DNA of 64,000 nt, taken from NCBI RefSeq assembly GCF_037042905.1, contig NC_087250.1, forward strand, positions 28,088,001 through 28,152,000, written 5' to 3'. Origin of the DNA: Lytechinus pictus. Lineage: Eukaryota. Shown one piece after another: positions 1 to 64,000 of the stretch. How positions within the stretch are numbered: position 1 is the first letter of the stretch; each line of letters begins with the position of its first letter. The notes beneath the pieces were generated by a model. The model saw only the letters and a list, made by a program, of their open reading frames with translations. It was not told the origin of the DNA and ran no database searches. The position numbers and the translations under genes are program-made.

Positions 1-736
1 ATTCAATCTATCCATAAACTTTCAAATTCATGATGGCAATTCAACAATTACCGCCACATTGCCTAAGTTTATTGACCTTAACTGAACTTTGACCTTGGTT
101 TGTGACCTGAAACTTACAGGGGATGTTCACAGATACTTGATTATTCCTAGATTCCAAGTTTTATGAACTAGATCTATAAGCTTTCAGAGTTATGATGGTA
201 ATTCAACAAATACCCCCAACTTGGCCAAAGTTGATTCAATTCAATTCAATCTTTATTTCGCAAAATAGGATAAAAATACAAATGATGACTTGTCAAAATG
301 GGTGGTACACGAAATGTTAAAGGACGAAATGGCATTAGACATAATAAAGGTAGACCATGAGGTGAGTGGACTGGATGAGTATACAAATTTGCACTTTATA
401 CCCTACCAAAGAAGCAAAGACATCGAAAAACAAACGGCACCTTGTGAAACCACAGAGCTTTTTGTAATAGCTATATATAGTGAAACTTAGCCAGGCGCTC
501 GCTACGTTATAATAGCGAGGTAAAGTCATGCAGGGCCAGCTGAAAGATGAGACAATAACAGGAGTGGCTACCGTGGGTTACTATGAGATACATTATTATT
601 CAGTAGTAGTCTTATTTTTATTATTATTAGTGTTATGATTATTATCTTGTGATTTTTTTTATTAGTATTATTATTATCATTATTATTTTTAACATAGTAT
701 TATTATCTATTGCTATAATCATTTTTATTTCCTTAC

Positions 737-53152
<52,416 letters not shown>

Positions 53153-54892
53153 CTGACATAGAAAAAAGAGAAAAACACACGTTTAAAAATTATAATAATG
53201 GTATTTTTGTATTCATCATCGTAATCTCGAGCAAGCAAATACAAAATGATTTACAAAGTACTGTATAAAATGATTAAAATACAAAACATTATTACAATAG
53301 CAGAAATTCTGAATTGTAGTAACAATGTTTACACAATAGGTGGCCTGTAACAAATTTCAAATATGTATTACATTTAAATATAAAGAAATATAAATAGAAT
53401 GTGCACTTACAAAAGAAAAATAAATTGAGAGGGGAAAACAAACAAATGATCGAGAAAGAGAGTCGGGAGAAAAACAATTGGAGAGGGTGAGAGAGAGAGA
53501 GAGAGTGGTACTCAGGAGAGATAAATCAAGATGGGGTGTATGAGAAAGTATGAGAGAGTGGGTGAATCAAATAAATATGAAAAAGGTAGTCAGAGCTATA
53601 CAAGCTATATGAAGATAAAGCGGGGGAAGCAGACAATTGCGAATATAAGACATAATTCTCATGACTGGTAATACAATATACATGTCCATTGGATGGGTTA
53701 ACTTAAATGGATTTTTTTTTCAATGAAGATCCAATTGATGGGTGAGTGAGTGAGTACATTATAAGGATCGAAAAATATTTGGATTTATGTATATATTGTA
53801 AACTGTCCAGGGGGTCTAAAGTAAGTAAAATAGTTGTAAACATTGACTTTTATATTTTACATGTTCAGTTAATAAAATACAAACAAATAACATATATATA
53901 AATGCAATTTAGCAGAATCTTAGGATTCAAAAGGAGGTGGGTCAATCGAGTACAATTCAATTATTCAATATAGTTAATACATTTACACCATCAATTTTTT
54001 AAAGATTTTCTACGTATTTTACTATCTTAAAACATATATATGCTTCCTACTGTCCGATTTTGTTAATATAATAAATAGTTTCCTGCTTTTAAATTGGTGT
54101 TCAAATTTAATTCTAGTGCTTTAATATTGATTGGAAGAAATTGCGAAAAATCTCCGATTACATTTTACCCAAAATTTAATAAACTCTATAAAGTTATTAA
54201 CCACATCTTTAAAATATCTCATATAAACATTGATTCGATCGATTGGTAATCAACTGATATCTAAAGGTCGTTCCAGTAAATAAAGGGGTAATGTGACACT
54301 TACTATATACAAATAAACATTTCACTAGCGCTTGGCTCTATCAACGTTGACCGGTACCGTAAATAATGTGAGCAAGGCAATACGCAAATCGAGGTAAACG
54401 TCTTCGCGCTTCCTACCGGCCTCGAGTCGCGGTCGTATCGTATACAGATTAGTAGCTAGTCAAAGAAATCCTGGGAAGAAATCATGGACGAAATAATCGA
54501 CAAGTTTATTTTAGGATCTGAAAAGCAGATTGTTTTTTTGTAATATATTATTCAGTTTTTTGTGTAGATCTAGGCCTGTTTGACAGTTGTCGGCCACGGT
54601 TGTCGGGGAAGTTCACGGTTAGCGGATTTTCTCTGAAAATTTTCAGGGTTGGCGGCGCCCGCCAACCGTGACGCGTCTATCGAAACTTAGTTTCAGCTCG
54701 TCCCAGGCCCCAGCCTTGTATCTAACTTTACATGACTTCATTGCATTTCTGGGATTCTGATGACACTGCCGTAGAGCGAACTGAAAAAAAAAATATTAAA
54801 AGATCACTTTAATAATGTTCAACTCAATTACTTACAGCAAAATGATTTATTCACATTTATATTCCGATTTAACTCCATAATTTCCAAAGTCA

Positions 54893-55650
54893 TGATTGAT
54901 TGATTGATTGATTGATTGATTTTATTTCATTCGTCATAAAAACACATACACTGTACAAAATTCAATACATAGAAGTAAAAAACAATGATGAACATATAAA
55001 TACATGGTTATAGAAAAATAACATAAAGAAACAACAAAGAAAACAATTTATGTCGAATGAGGGGTCAACAAAAAAGAGCAATTTGCCTTGTTGAGCGTTG
55101 ACCCCCAAATAAATAATGTACATCATAGCAGGAACATGAAGAAGGGGGGGGGGGGCAAAAATGAAAAAGTAAGAGTCATGGTAAAGATACATGTATACTA
55201 TTAAGTTACTGAGTACAAGTTTAGTAAAAATAATCGAAAGGAACGTTTAAAGCTATTAACAGAAAGTTGATTCTTAAGATGGTCTGGAATAGTACTCCAA
55301 AGATGAGGACCTTTATAAAATACAGTATTCTTTGAAAAATTAGTTCTGACTTTAGGAAGATTGTATTCTACAGCATTGCGTGTATTATACTTATGTACAT
55401 TACAATTAAGGACAAATTTAGATGCTATCAGAGTAGGTAAAAAGCCTTTAGACAACATAAACATAAATATGGCGACATTCAATTTATTAATGTCATATAT
55501 ATTTAACAGGTTCAGCTTAGAAAATATTGGCAAGGAGCGGGCATTATATGGGGAATTAGATAAAATTCGTACAGCTTTTTTTTGCAAAACAAATAATTTG
55601 GTAATAAAATAATCATGATTATTTGACCAAACAATGTTACAATAATTTAA
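54893..55650 (-). mobile_element. CR1/L2-group LINE 3' end with UTR and (atca)n tail
   Basis: QKKAVRI..PIFSKLNLLNIYDI..HKYNTR..YKGPHLWS; aataaa followed by the tetranucleotide tail. Confidence 0.85.
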
Positions 55651-58600
55651 TCTCTACAATGATCTCTACATCGATCTTTTGAAAGTGTTGATTAATTTCG
55701 CGACGGTGTGTCTACAGTACCAAGTTCTGTGTCACTGCACTCGCGCTCACCACGGCCACATAAATACAAATCGCACGTGGCACCAAATACTTGATCCGCG
55801 TCTTCCAAAATAAGATGGGATCCAAAACTGATTTAATTTAATTTTTTTTCCAGATATTCATTGAATCTGTTTTAATTTTCATAAGTAATAATCTTTATTA
55901 TTATTCACACTTTTTATCATATTACGACTCATTTTTTAATGTGAGTTATACGTAATGTATTTTCATTTGTATTGTTCTTTATTACTCTTTGCCTGCCAAT
56001 TAAATAATGAACGGTCCTGAGAAATGTTTTTAGTCATCACAGTGGATCACTAGCGTACCTACGGGGGGCGGCAGACTGCCCCCCCCCCCCACGCCCCCTG
56101 ACGAGTCATAACTGATCCCTGGCCGCTCCTTTGTTTTTCTGGTACAAAATCCTTTCTTTATCTGTGATTGAAAACCATTTTTTTGCTTTTCAAATTTTTT
56201 GGCAGACGAATTTGCCCCCCCCCCTGTGGAAAATCCTAGGTACGCCACTGCAGTGAGTGCTTCATGAATTTGTTGTACAATTGCTTAACACTCCCGGTAA
56301 CAACTACGATTTAAAATAAAATATTATTTTAAATTAATTTGTGTAAATGATAAAGAGAATAATGGAAGGTGGTCGTGGGCAATGTAAATGAAGACAAAGG
56401 GGATGTTTGTGGGGAGGGATTGACGAAAAGAAGTCAATGTTCGGAGCGAATGAAAATAATATTCATTTAAGGATGTGTCTTCTGTGATTGTGGCTGCATA
56501 ATCTTTATAAAGTGGAATTGACAATTCATTCACAGATATTCATTTCGGGGGCCGCGGAAACAGGGGGGGGGGCTGGGTGGGTTTCAGCCCCTTCCCCCTC
56601 CCCCCACTTTTTTCCCAAAACCGTTTACAAAAACAAAGTGGACCACCTGATCGTCTTTTTGCATGGTCAGCCACCCCCCCCCCCCCCCACTTTCAAGACC
56701 TTTCCGCGGCCCCTGCATTTCATATACGAATTATTGAAGTTGATATGTGTGAACGTTTTAGAGGATTATGTATTTCGTTTGTTCACGCCCACATGAGTTG
56801 CTAGTATAATTTGAATATCGTTGGATGAATTTTTCAATTTCACTTACTTACTGGGTTATCTTTACAACACCGTTAGCCTAATTAGGCCTACTGCGAGTGG
56901 ATATTAATGAAAAGAATTGGAATGTGAACGAGACGCCCCAAAGCCGATGCCACGTGATCTAATTAGTATCACTTTCTGGGTTGAGCCAATCATTGTGCTT
57001 GAAAACGGGTTTCCCCGAATTCCCGTCCTTGGAATGTGTGCCCTGGGTGCGTGACCTGTTAACCTGTTGTTTGAATGCGAATCAGCTGGTTTCGTGACCT
57101 CATGTATTATTCATGTTGTTTACGCTGGATGGGGGCTTTAGAATTAAGATCTTTCTGACCTTTTTTTTGTCATTTTTAATAATCTGTTCGTGAATTTCTG
57201 TAACTTAAAAACTGATGCAATTTATTGAAACACGTACCTCGATCTTCCCACTCATGGTGCATGAAAATATTTTTGAAATTCAAAATCGCCAAAATATACA
57301 TTTAAAGAAAGGTTATTCAGCCGCCATCATCAGAAGTATAGTATAGACATGTCTATAAATATGCATTCGCTTCGAATATTGACTTCTTCACCATGCAATC
57401 ATTTTGTCCACGCCACGACCCCTCCCCTTTCGCTCTCTCCCTTCGACCATCCTAGCTACAACTCAATTCAATTTCAATTCAAAATTTATTTCAATCAATC
57501 AATCATAAAAATACAGGTATATACAAATTAGGTAAAAACATGGGATTGGGAGCCCCTAGAAGTTTTCATTAAAAAAAACTTGTGAGTGGGGCACCACCAT
57601 TTCCTCTCTTTCAAACACGCTGTATTTGTAGGGCCTACATAGTACATTATTTAAAAATAGAAATCTACTTTCCTGTCAATTAAACTTTACTTTCAAAACA
57701 TTTTAAATCGCAATTAATTATAATAAGAACAAAATCGTAATATTAATGTATTATTAATGACTAAAAATATTTATCCCACTAGTGATGGGCACATTCATTA
57801 TTTTATAGGTGAGTATAGAACAATACAAATGAACATAGCAATAATTGACAGTGATAAACGAATCTTGATTGGATATTATTAGTAAAAACATCATCAACAG
57901 AAGTCTTATGAGGGTTATAGTTTCATTGACTATCTGAAAATAAAACAAACATGCAAATTATATAAGTTGGAGACCCCGTCTCATGAATAACGATGTCCAT
58001 TATTTTGAAGACTCGGAAGTTTTCTTCCGAGGCTTCCAAATATAGTCGGAACAATCTTTGGATTAAGCAAGGGCATGGCGCGGCGCAAGCTCAAATGGCT
58101 ACGCATGCGATCCGTAGATGAAGTCGGTCATTGACACACGTATCATTCACAAAATTAATCGCACTTTCTGAGGACGTAGCGATCTAGACATTGGAAAGTA
58201 TGGAGTACATTTATCGGTGTTATCGATGTGAATAACTCTTTAAACTGTAAGTATAAAATGAGATTGAATTTTAATCATTTCTTTGACCTTTTTCATCAGT
58301 ACTTGCCTTTCTGATGAGTTTCTGCTTCAATCGCATCGAGAGGGGGGACACCCCCCTCCCGAACCCTCCCCCGTCCGTGCTTCGCACGCACCGAGGCCGC
58401 TGAGCGGCTTGCGTCGCTTCGCGCCGCCAAGCGTCAGAATAAACCTGGCGAGAACGTTGGGCTCTATATACATTGCCTGTCTATCGAGATGCACTAAGAA
58501 GATTAAATCGCATTCTAGATATCCCGCTGTGAAGTCAAAATACAAAAAAATAAATATCACATTATGATCATTCATTATTTGTTAATTGCGAGGTTCATAA

Positions 58601-59458
58601 TTTTCTAATAAATAGTTTCTTGAATATTCCAAAACAATATTTGAAAATAGTGCTTAAAACATTCATTTTTTTAAACTTACGAAAGCAATTTTGGCTCGTA
58701 TTACACGCTCACATTGTTTGATTGAGTACCTTAACATTGTACTTCTACTGCCACAGGCTGGTACTGATAGACACTAACTCTTTGAAGAACATGATATAAC
58801 TTTTTTAGCTCTATATTATATGATTAATGAATAACTTTACCTTTTTGTATGTAGTCATATTCACACTCGGCTAATACTTCATGTTCCAGGGCAAAATAGA
58901 CGCAGACAAGCACGAGGTATATCTTCGCGGGGGGCATCGTCAGCCCTGCGTAGAGATCATTCCTTGCTAAATAGTGATAATGATAATAATAAAACTTATT
59001 TACCTAGCTAGGGTAACCACTTTAGCTCTTATAATCTGTTTTCAACCAGCGAATAACATATGATGTTGTTGATGATGATGATCATAGTGATAATGATAAC
59101 AATTTCAATTCTTATTATTATGATTATATTAATAATAATGATAACATTTGACTTATAACGCCTCAAATCCACCATGTAGAGTGCTCATGGCGCATAAAGA
59201 AATTAGGAAAAGCAAAAAAAAAAAAACAATTTCAAGAACATTTTTAAAAGGCTCAACAGATAATACAAATATTATTAATACCTTCCTCATGATATATCGA
59301 GTGCATGCCAAGAAGGCAGAAGGCCAAATTTTTCAAAGTCTTAGATGTGACCCTACCGGGGATTGAACCCATGATTTCGTCAGTATGGATAGACAGTTTC
59401 CCACGTTACGCATTTTATCATCAAAGAGTTAAAAATTGATGAAGGATCATTTCACTTT

Positions 59459-60527
59459 TAGTCAGTCGGCAAGCCCCTCTGTTAATAAGCAAATGGGCAA
59501 GATTTATCCAAGTCCTCTCGTGGCTGAATTTATGACCCTGCAAAATATCGTGAATTGCGAGACTTTCTTTCTCAAAGAATTTAATCACTTTTACCTTGAG
59601 TAATGTTTATTGTTTTTGTAAATGTTACTTTTTTATATTGGTCATTTCTTTTGAATAAAATATTTTGATAAATAAGTGATTTTTTTACCTGAAAAGATGC
59701 ATCAAACATATTTTTTCCTTTCTGTTTTCACTTGCAAATTTTGCAACATTTTGTGTTTTAGGCACAAACTTTATTTATATCATCAGAAAGCTCAAACTCT
59801 ATACTTTCTTACAATGTGACTTTTGATATGTAGCATCTTTTAGATGGGTCAGCAGCCAGCTTTTTTCATCAAGATGCAATACGAGATTTCTAAACTTTCT
59901 GAGTAACATAAAATCCAGAGTTCTGATTGGCTGAATAATGTTTTCACAACAACAGGCGCGGGTAATTTGAAGAGATTACCACATGGTGAGTGTGACCTTG
60001 CAGAGACCCAGTGCGGGGAGCATTGGAATTTGCGTGGGTATGTGGTCTCTATGACCAATCAGAGCGCAGTATTCTTGTTTTTGAGCTGCTAAATGTACTT
60101 GGCCTATGAAAAACTGGCTGCTGACCCATGCAAAATACATCTTCTTATAAATATTATATCATATTAGAGCTTAGATCTTCAGCTTTATCATGTCTTAAAA
60201 ATCATTTGTGCTCAAACAGAAATAAAGTGTGAAAACAACAACTTTTTTTGCATGAAAAAAATATATTTTGTTTAATTTTTTATATCAAAGGTTTTTCTTA
60301 TATTACAACATCATTTTAAAAATCCAAACAGAAGACCTAAAATAATGATTATTTTTCTTTACAAAGATACCAAAAACATGAAATTTGGTCAATATATAGA
60401 GCAGCAATGGCCGAATAAAAAGAGGTGTTTTGGTTAGCACCATGCTCATTAACAATGCGAAAATCCTCTAGTAATGAATATCACTTGGATAAAAGAAGCT
60501 AGTTTTTCAGGGCTTGCCGACTGACTG
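59459..60527. mobile_element. TIR element with internal inverted arms
   Basis: agtcagtcggcaagccc vs gggcttgccgactgact; inner tgggtcagcagccag vs ctggctgctgaccca; possible cttt TSD. Confidence 0.7.
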
Positions 60528-60901
60528 CTTTGTGAGCAGCTGATTTAAAATATTCTCAAACTGAGATGGAACATATGCATTAGTGCCTGTATTTGTCTTT
60601 AAAAAACCCTGAAACAGACCACAATGTAGGATGAAAAACTCTAATTTAGACGCAAGTAGCAATTTATTAGCCGGATTTTGAGAACCGTCTGTTAGACACA
60701 GCTTGTGCTCAGTTTTCCCAAATTCAAAATGTCTGTTACAAGCTGTGTTGCCTCTCTTCTGCTGTGTGTATCTCATATGCACACACTGTATCAGCGGTAT
60801 CAGAGGTTTGCGCTTAACGACTCTCTGTTGCTCTGTCTTTGCATTAAGATTAATTGTGTTATTTGTTTATGTTACCTTATCTTTTATATATATATATATA
60901 T

Positions 60902-61922
60902 AAATACAAGGTGAAATAAAACAACCGTAGATAGAAAAGTTGATCAAATTTTCGCCCATAGGGCTTCATCAGGAAATTATGAATTTATTAGTCAACAGCA
61001 CCAAGAAACGCAGTGCGCAAAACGCAAAGCGTAAAAAACAACGCGCTAAGAGGTAAGACGCGAAGCGCAACAGTACAAAAGAAAAGAGAGAGAGAGAAAG
61101 AGAAAAAAAAAGAAGAAGAAATAAAGGGGAAGGGAAAGAAAGAAGAAGACGAAGAAGCCGGGGAGACAAAAGGAAGAGAGAAAAAGGAAAAGGAAAACGA
61201 CTAGAAGAAAAAAGAGAGGGAGAGAAGGGGGCAGAAATAGAGGACAGCTGGTAAGAAAGAAGTCAGAGAAGAAAAAAAAAGGAGAAAAGGAAAAGAAAAA
61301 AGAAAAAAAAGAAAGGGAAGGACAACAGAAAGAAAGAAAGAAAACAAGAAAGGGAAGCAAGAGAGAGAGGGGGGAGAAAATAAATCAAACCACGGGAAAG
61401 GAGTGGAAAGACACATTCATTCCATCAGGTTGGAGAGAGCCGAGAGAGTGGATGATGCGTTCCTCCTTCTCTTTCCTTATCCCATCTGAACGAAAACCAG
61501 TCAGAAGAACGCACACCTTGAAGTATACCCAGTTGGTGTGTGTCCAGACAGGTTGTGTGTCCGGACGACCAATTTTAGAAAGTCATTTGGAAAAATTTGA
61601 AAGCGAAGTTTCATAATTTTTTAGTACAAAATGTTAGGAAATATTATAAAGAACAAAATAGAAGATGATTACAAGTATTGAATTCATATTTTTAGTGTAA
61701 TCCAAAGACAAAAAAGAAGGCTTCAAAAATATAAAGTGTCCGGACACCCGACCCCCCATCCTACCCGATGTTATGGTCCGGTTGTTTAAAATGATGGGCT
61801 ACCGGCAACGCTGCTGACTTGATCCTGATGGAGCGAAGATGTTTGGTCACTCTGTCAGCAAGCCTCCTCTTCGTTTCTCCGATGTAGATCTCCTTGCACT
61901 TGGAGCAGTAGATGCAATATAT
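60902..61922 (-). mobile_element. Penelope-like element 3' end: GIY-YIG C-terminus, pyrimidine-rich UTR, hammerhead motif, abutting (TA)n
   Basis: IYCIYCSKCKEIYIGETKRRLADRVTKHLRSI..PVAHHF..H (61922-~61768), then a ~240-bp insertion, then FKVCVL..EERIIHSLGSLQPDGMN..stop at 61385-87; not in the ORF track. Confidence 0.85.
60944..60974 (-). ncRNA. Minimal hammerhead ribozyme motif in the PLE 3' region
   Basis: tc-CTGATGA-a-GCCC-tat-GGGC-GAAA-AT-TT-ga; same architecture as 2792-2829. Confidence 0.6.
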
Positions 61923-61939
61923 GCAATCATTGGTGACAC

Positions 61940-62260
61940 ATATTTATAAATAATGATTATTTGTTAAATAATGAAAACGTCTACTTCATTATTTATAAAT
62001 AATTTTTTCGAGTGCACCATTATTCTCATTATTTATAAATAATCATTATTTAATGTTCGAGTTTTCCATTATTTATAAATAAAGATTATTTGTTAAATAA
62101 TGAAATATCTACTTCATTATTTATAAATAATAATTTAGTTTCAATATCCCATTATTTATAAACAATTTTTACAGTTTGCCATTATATACAAATAATCATT
62201 ACTTATATACAAATAACCATTATTTATTAAATAATGCCATTATTTATTAAATAATGGAAA
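61940..62260. repeat. AT-rich cattatttataaata-type array, possibly the outer domain of the foldback
   Basis: Repeated 15-20 bp units in both orientations. Confidence 0.75.
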
Positions 62261-62488
62261 ACTCGCTATAACATGCAAATGTGGGACCGCCCATGATATG
62301 AATATTCATGATGCGATTTCCTTTTTCGTGATTTTTCTTCACAAATTTTTGTCCATTTCCTCTTCATAATGACATTTCTTGAAGCAATTTTCTAGGGATA
62401 TGGTCTGATTGTAATATTCTTCATTTTCTATATAACTTCGTCTTCGTAGAAATATCAAAAAGTGTAATTTTATACGATTTTTCCTACA

Positions 62489-64000
62489 GTTCACAATCCC
62501 CATAGGCGCGCGTGTATCGTAGGGACAACTGGTGAATCGACGGAGTGCTCTTCATCGCAATACTACGTTGGTTGGTCCCCGGAAGTGGCGGGCGGAATTT
62601 AGCCTGAATCCTCGATGGAAGTCGATCAAGTGCTTATGAGCTGAGAGAGTGAAATATCAGTGTACTTGTACAGGCCCTTCTACTTTTTATAAATATTTCT
62701 TGTTGCTTTTTTTGTTAAGTTAATTTTTCCTGGTGTAGAGATAAGTTTCAGTTCTAATAATGCACTTCAAATACATTTTGGAGTGTCTGTTTGAGGCGTT
62801 TGGGGCGATTTCACCCTGGCCCCAAAATGCTCGCAACGACAATACGGGGGCATGATGACCCCTAATTTTTTGAAAACTTATTTTTCTATTGAAAATTATC
62901 ACAAAATTCACCAAAAGTGTGCACGAAAGCCTTCGTATTTCACTTTTAAAACTCCAAAAAGTGCCCAAATGACAAGCTTGGTCGCTGAATTCGCTGTGTC
63001 GCTTTCAACTTGAGAAAGTTTACGCGTCTGCTTCCCCCCCCCCCCCCCCTCCTCCGAAAGAAATTCTGTATACGGCCATGCTCTAAAGAGCCTGGCACAT
63101 TGATTTATGTATACTTCATTTTCATTATTTTTATCTCATTATCATCATGGCCTTACGCAGAATTTTTTCCGGGGGGGGGTGGGGGGAGCAGGACGCACGT
63201 AAACTTTCTCATAAAAATCTTGAAAAAGCGAAGCGACCAAGCTTATCATTTGAGCTTGGTCGCGTCGCTGTCTCGCTTTCAAGATTTGTTTGAGAAACTT
63301 TACGCGCGTCCTAGCTGCTCCCCCCCCCCCCCCGGTAAAAATTCTGTGTAAGGCCATGTTGATAATGAGATAAAAATAATGAAAATGAAAGTATACATAA
63401 ATCAATGTGCCAGGCTCTTTAGATCATGGCCGTATACAGAATTTCTTTCGGAGGAGGGGGGGGGGGGAAGCAGACGCGTAAACGTTCTCAAGTTGAAAGC
63501 GCGAGCGACCAAGCTTGTCATTTGGGCACTTTTTGGAGTTTTAAAAGTGAAATACGAAGGCTTTCGTGCACACTTTTGGTGAATTTTGTGATAATTTTCA
63601 ATAGAAAAATAAGTTTTCAAAAAATTAGGGGTCATCATGCCCCCGTATTGTCGTTGCGAGCATTTTGGGGCCAGGGTGAAATCGCCCCAAACGCCTCAAA
63701 CAGACACTCCAAAATGTATTTGAAGTGCATTATTAGAACTGAAACTTATCTCTACACCAGGAAAAATTAACTTAACAAAAAAAGCAACAAGAAATATTTA
63801 TAAAAAGTAGAAGGGCCTGTACAAGTACACTGATATTTCACTCTCTCAGCTCATATGCACTTGATCGACTTCCATCGAGGATTCAGGCTAAATTCCGCCC
63901 GTCACTTCCGGGGACCAACCAACGTAGTATTTCGATGAAGAGCACTCCGTCGATTCACCGGTTGTCCCTACGATACACGCGCGCCTATGGGGATTGTGAA
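62489..64000. mobile_element. Foldback element: >=740-bp inverted arms centred near 63248, running off the window
   Basis: 62489 onward is the reverse complement of 64000 backward, with few substitutions/indels; mirrored ORFs 62720-62968 and 63426-63770. Confidence 0.9.

Noticed and set aside
57238..57302. Minus-strand MYILAIL..EDR ending in a phase-1 GTACGT donor as a first exon
   Set aside because: Lies within a diverged inverted-repeat element (~56350-57440) and is a poor signal peptide.
60969..61416. Phe/Leu/Ser-rich and Lys/Glu-rich ORFs
   Set aside because: Low-complexity purine/pyrimidine tract of the PLE 3' UTR.
62720..63770. Mirrored ORFs in the foldback arms
   Set aside because: No transposase motifs; produced by arm symmetry.

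Overview
AT-rich, repeat-dense animal genomic DNA. The repeat families and the gene type look echinoderm/sea-urchin-like; this is an inference, not a database match. One spliced gene runs on the minus strand from at least 53152 to 737 and off the left edge. I can assemble 11 GT-AG exon segments (1968 nt, 656 codons, no stops) encoding four alternating divergent CUB-like + EGF units; no convincing first exon was found. The introns and upstream region are full of TIR elements/MITEs (TA, TTAA and 8-bp TSD types), tRNA-derived SINEs, decayed non-LTR retrotransposons, Penelope-like (GIY-YIG) remnants, a >1.5 kb foldback and microsatellites. Top observation: a 2.08 kb TIR transposon (9015-11095) sits inside a coding exon. 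One TIR supplies a GTAAGT donor, the other supplies a branch point and pyrimidine tract, and a host AG completes an in-frame intron (introner-like intron gain). Also notable: a fully base-paired tRNA-like gene with a UCA anticodon inside a direct-repeat cassette in (TA)n, and a TSD-flanked palindrome with 160-bp arms carrying two minimal hammerhead ribozyme motifs.
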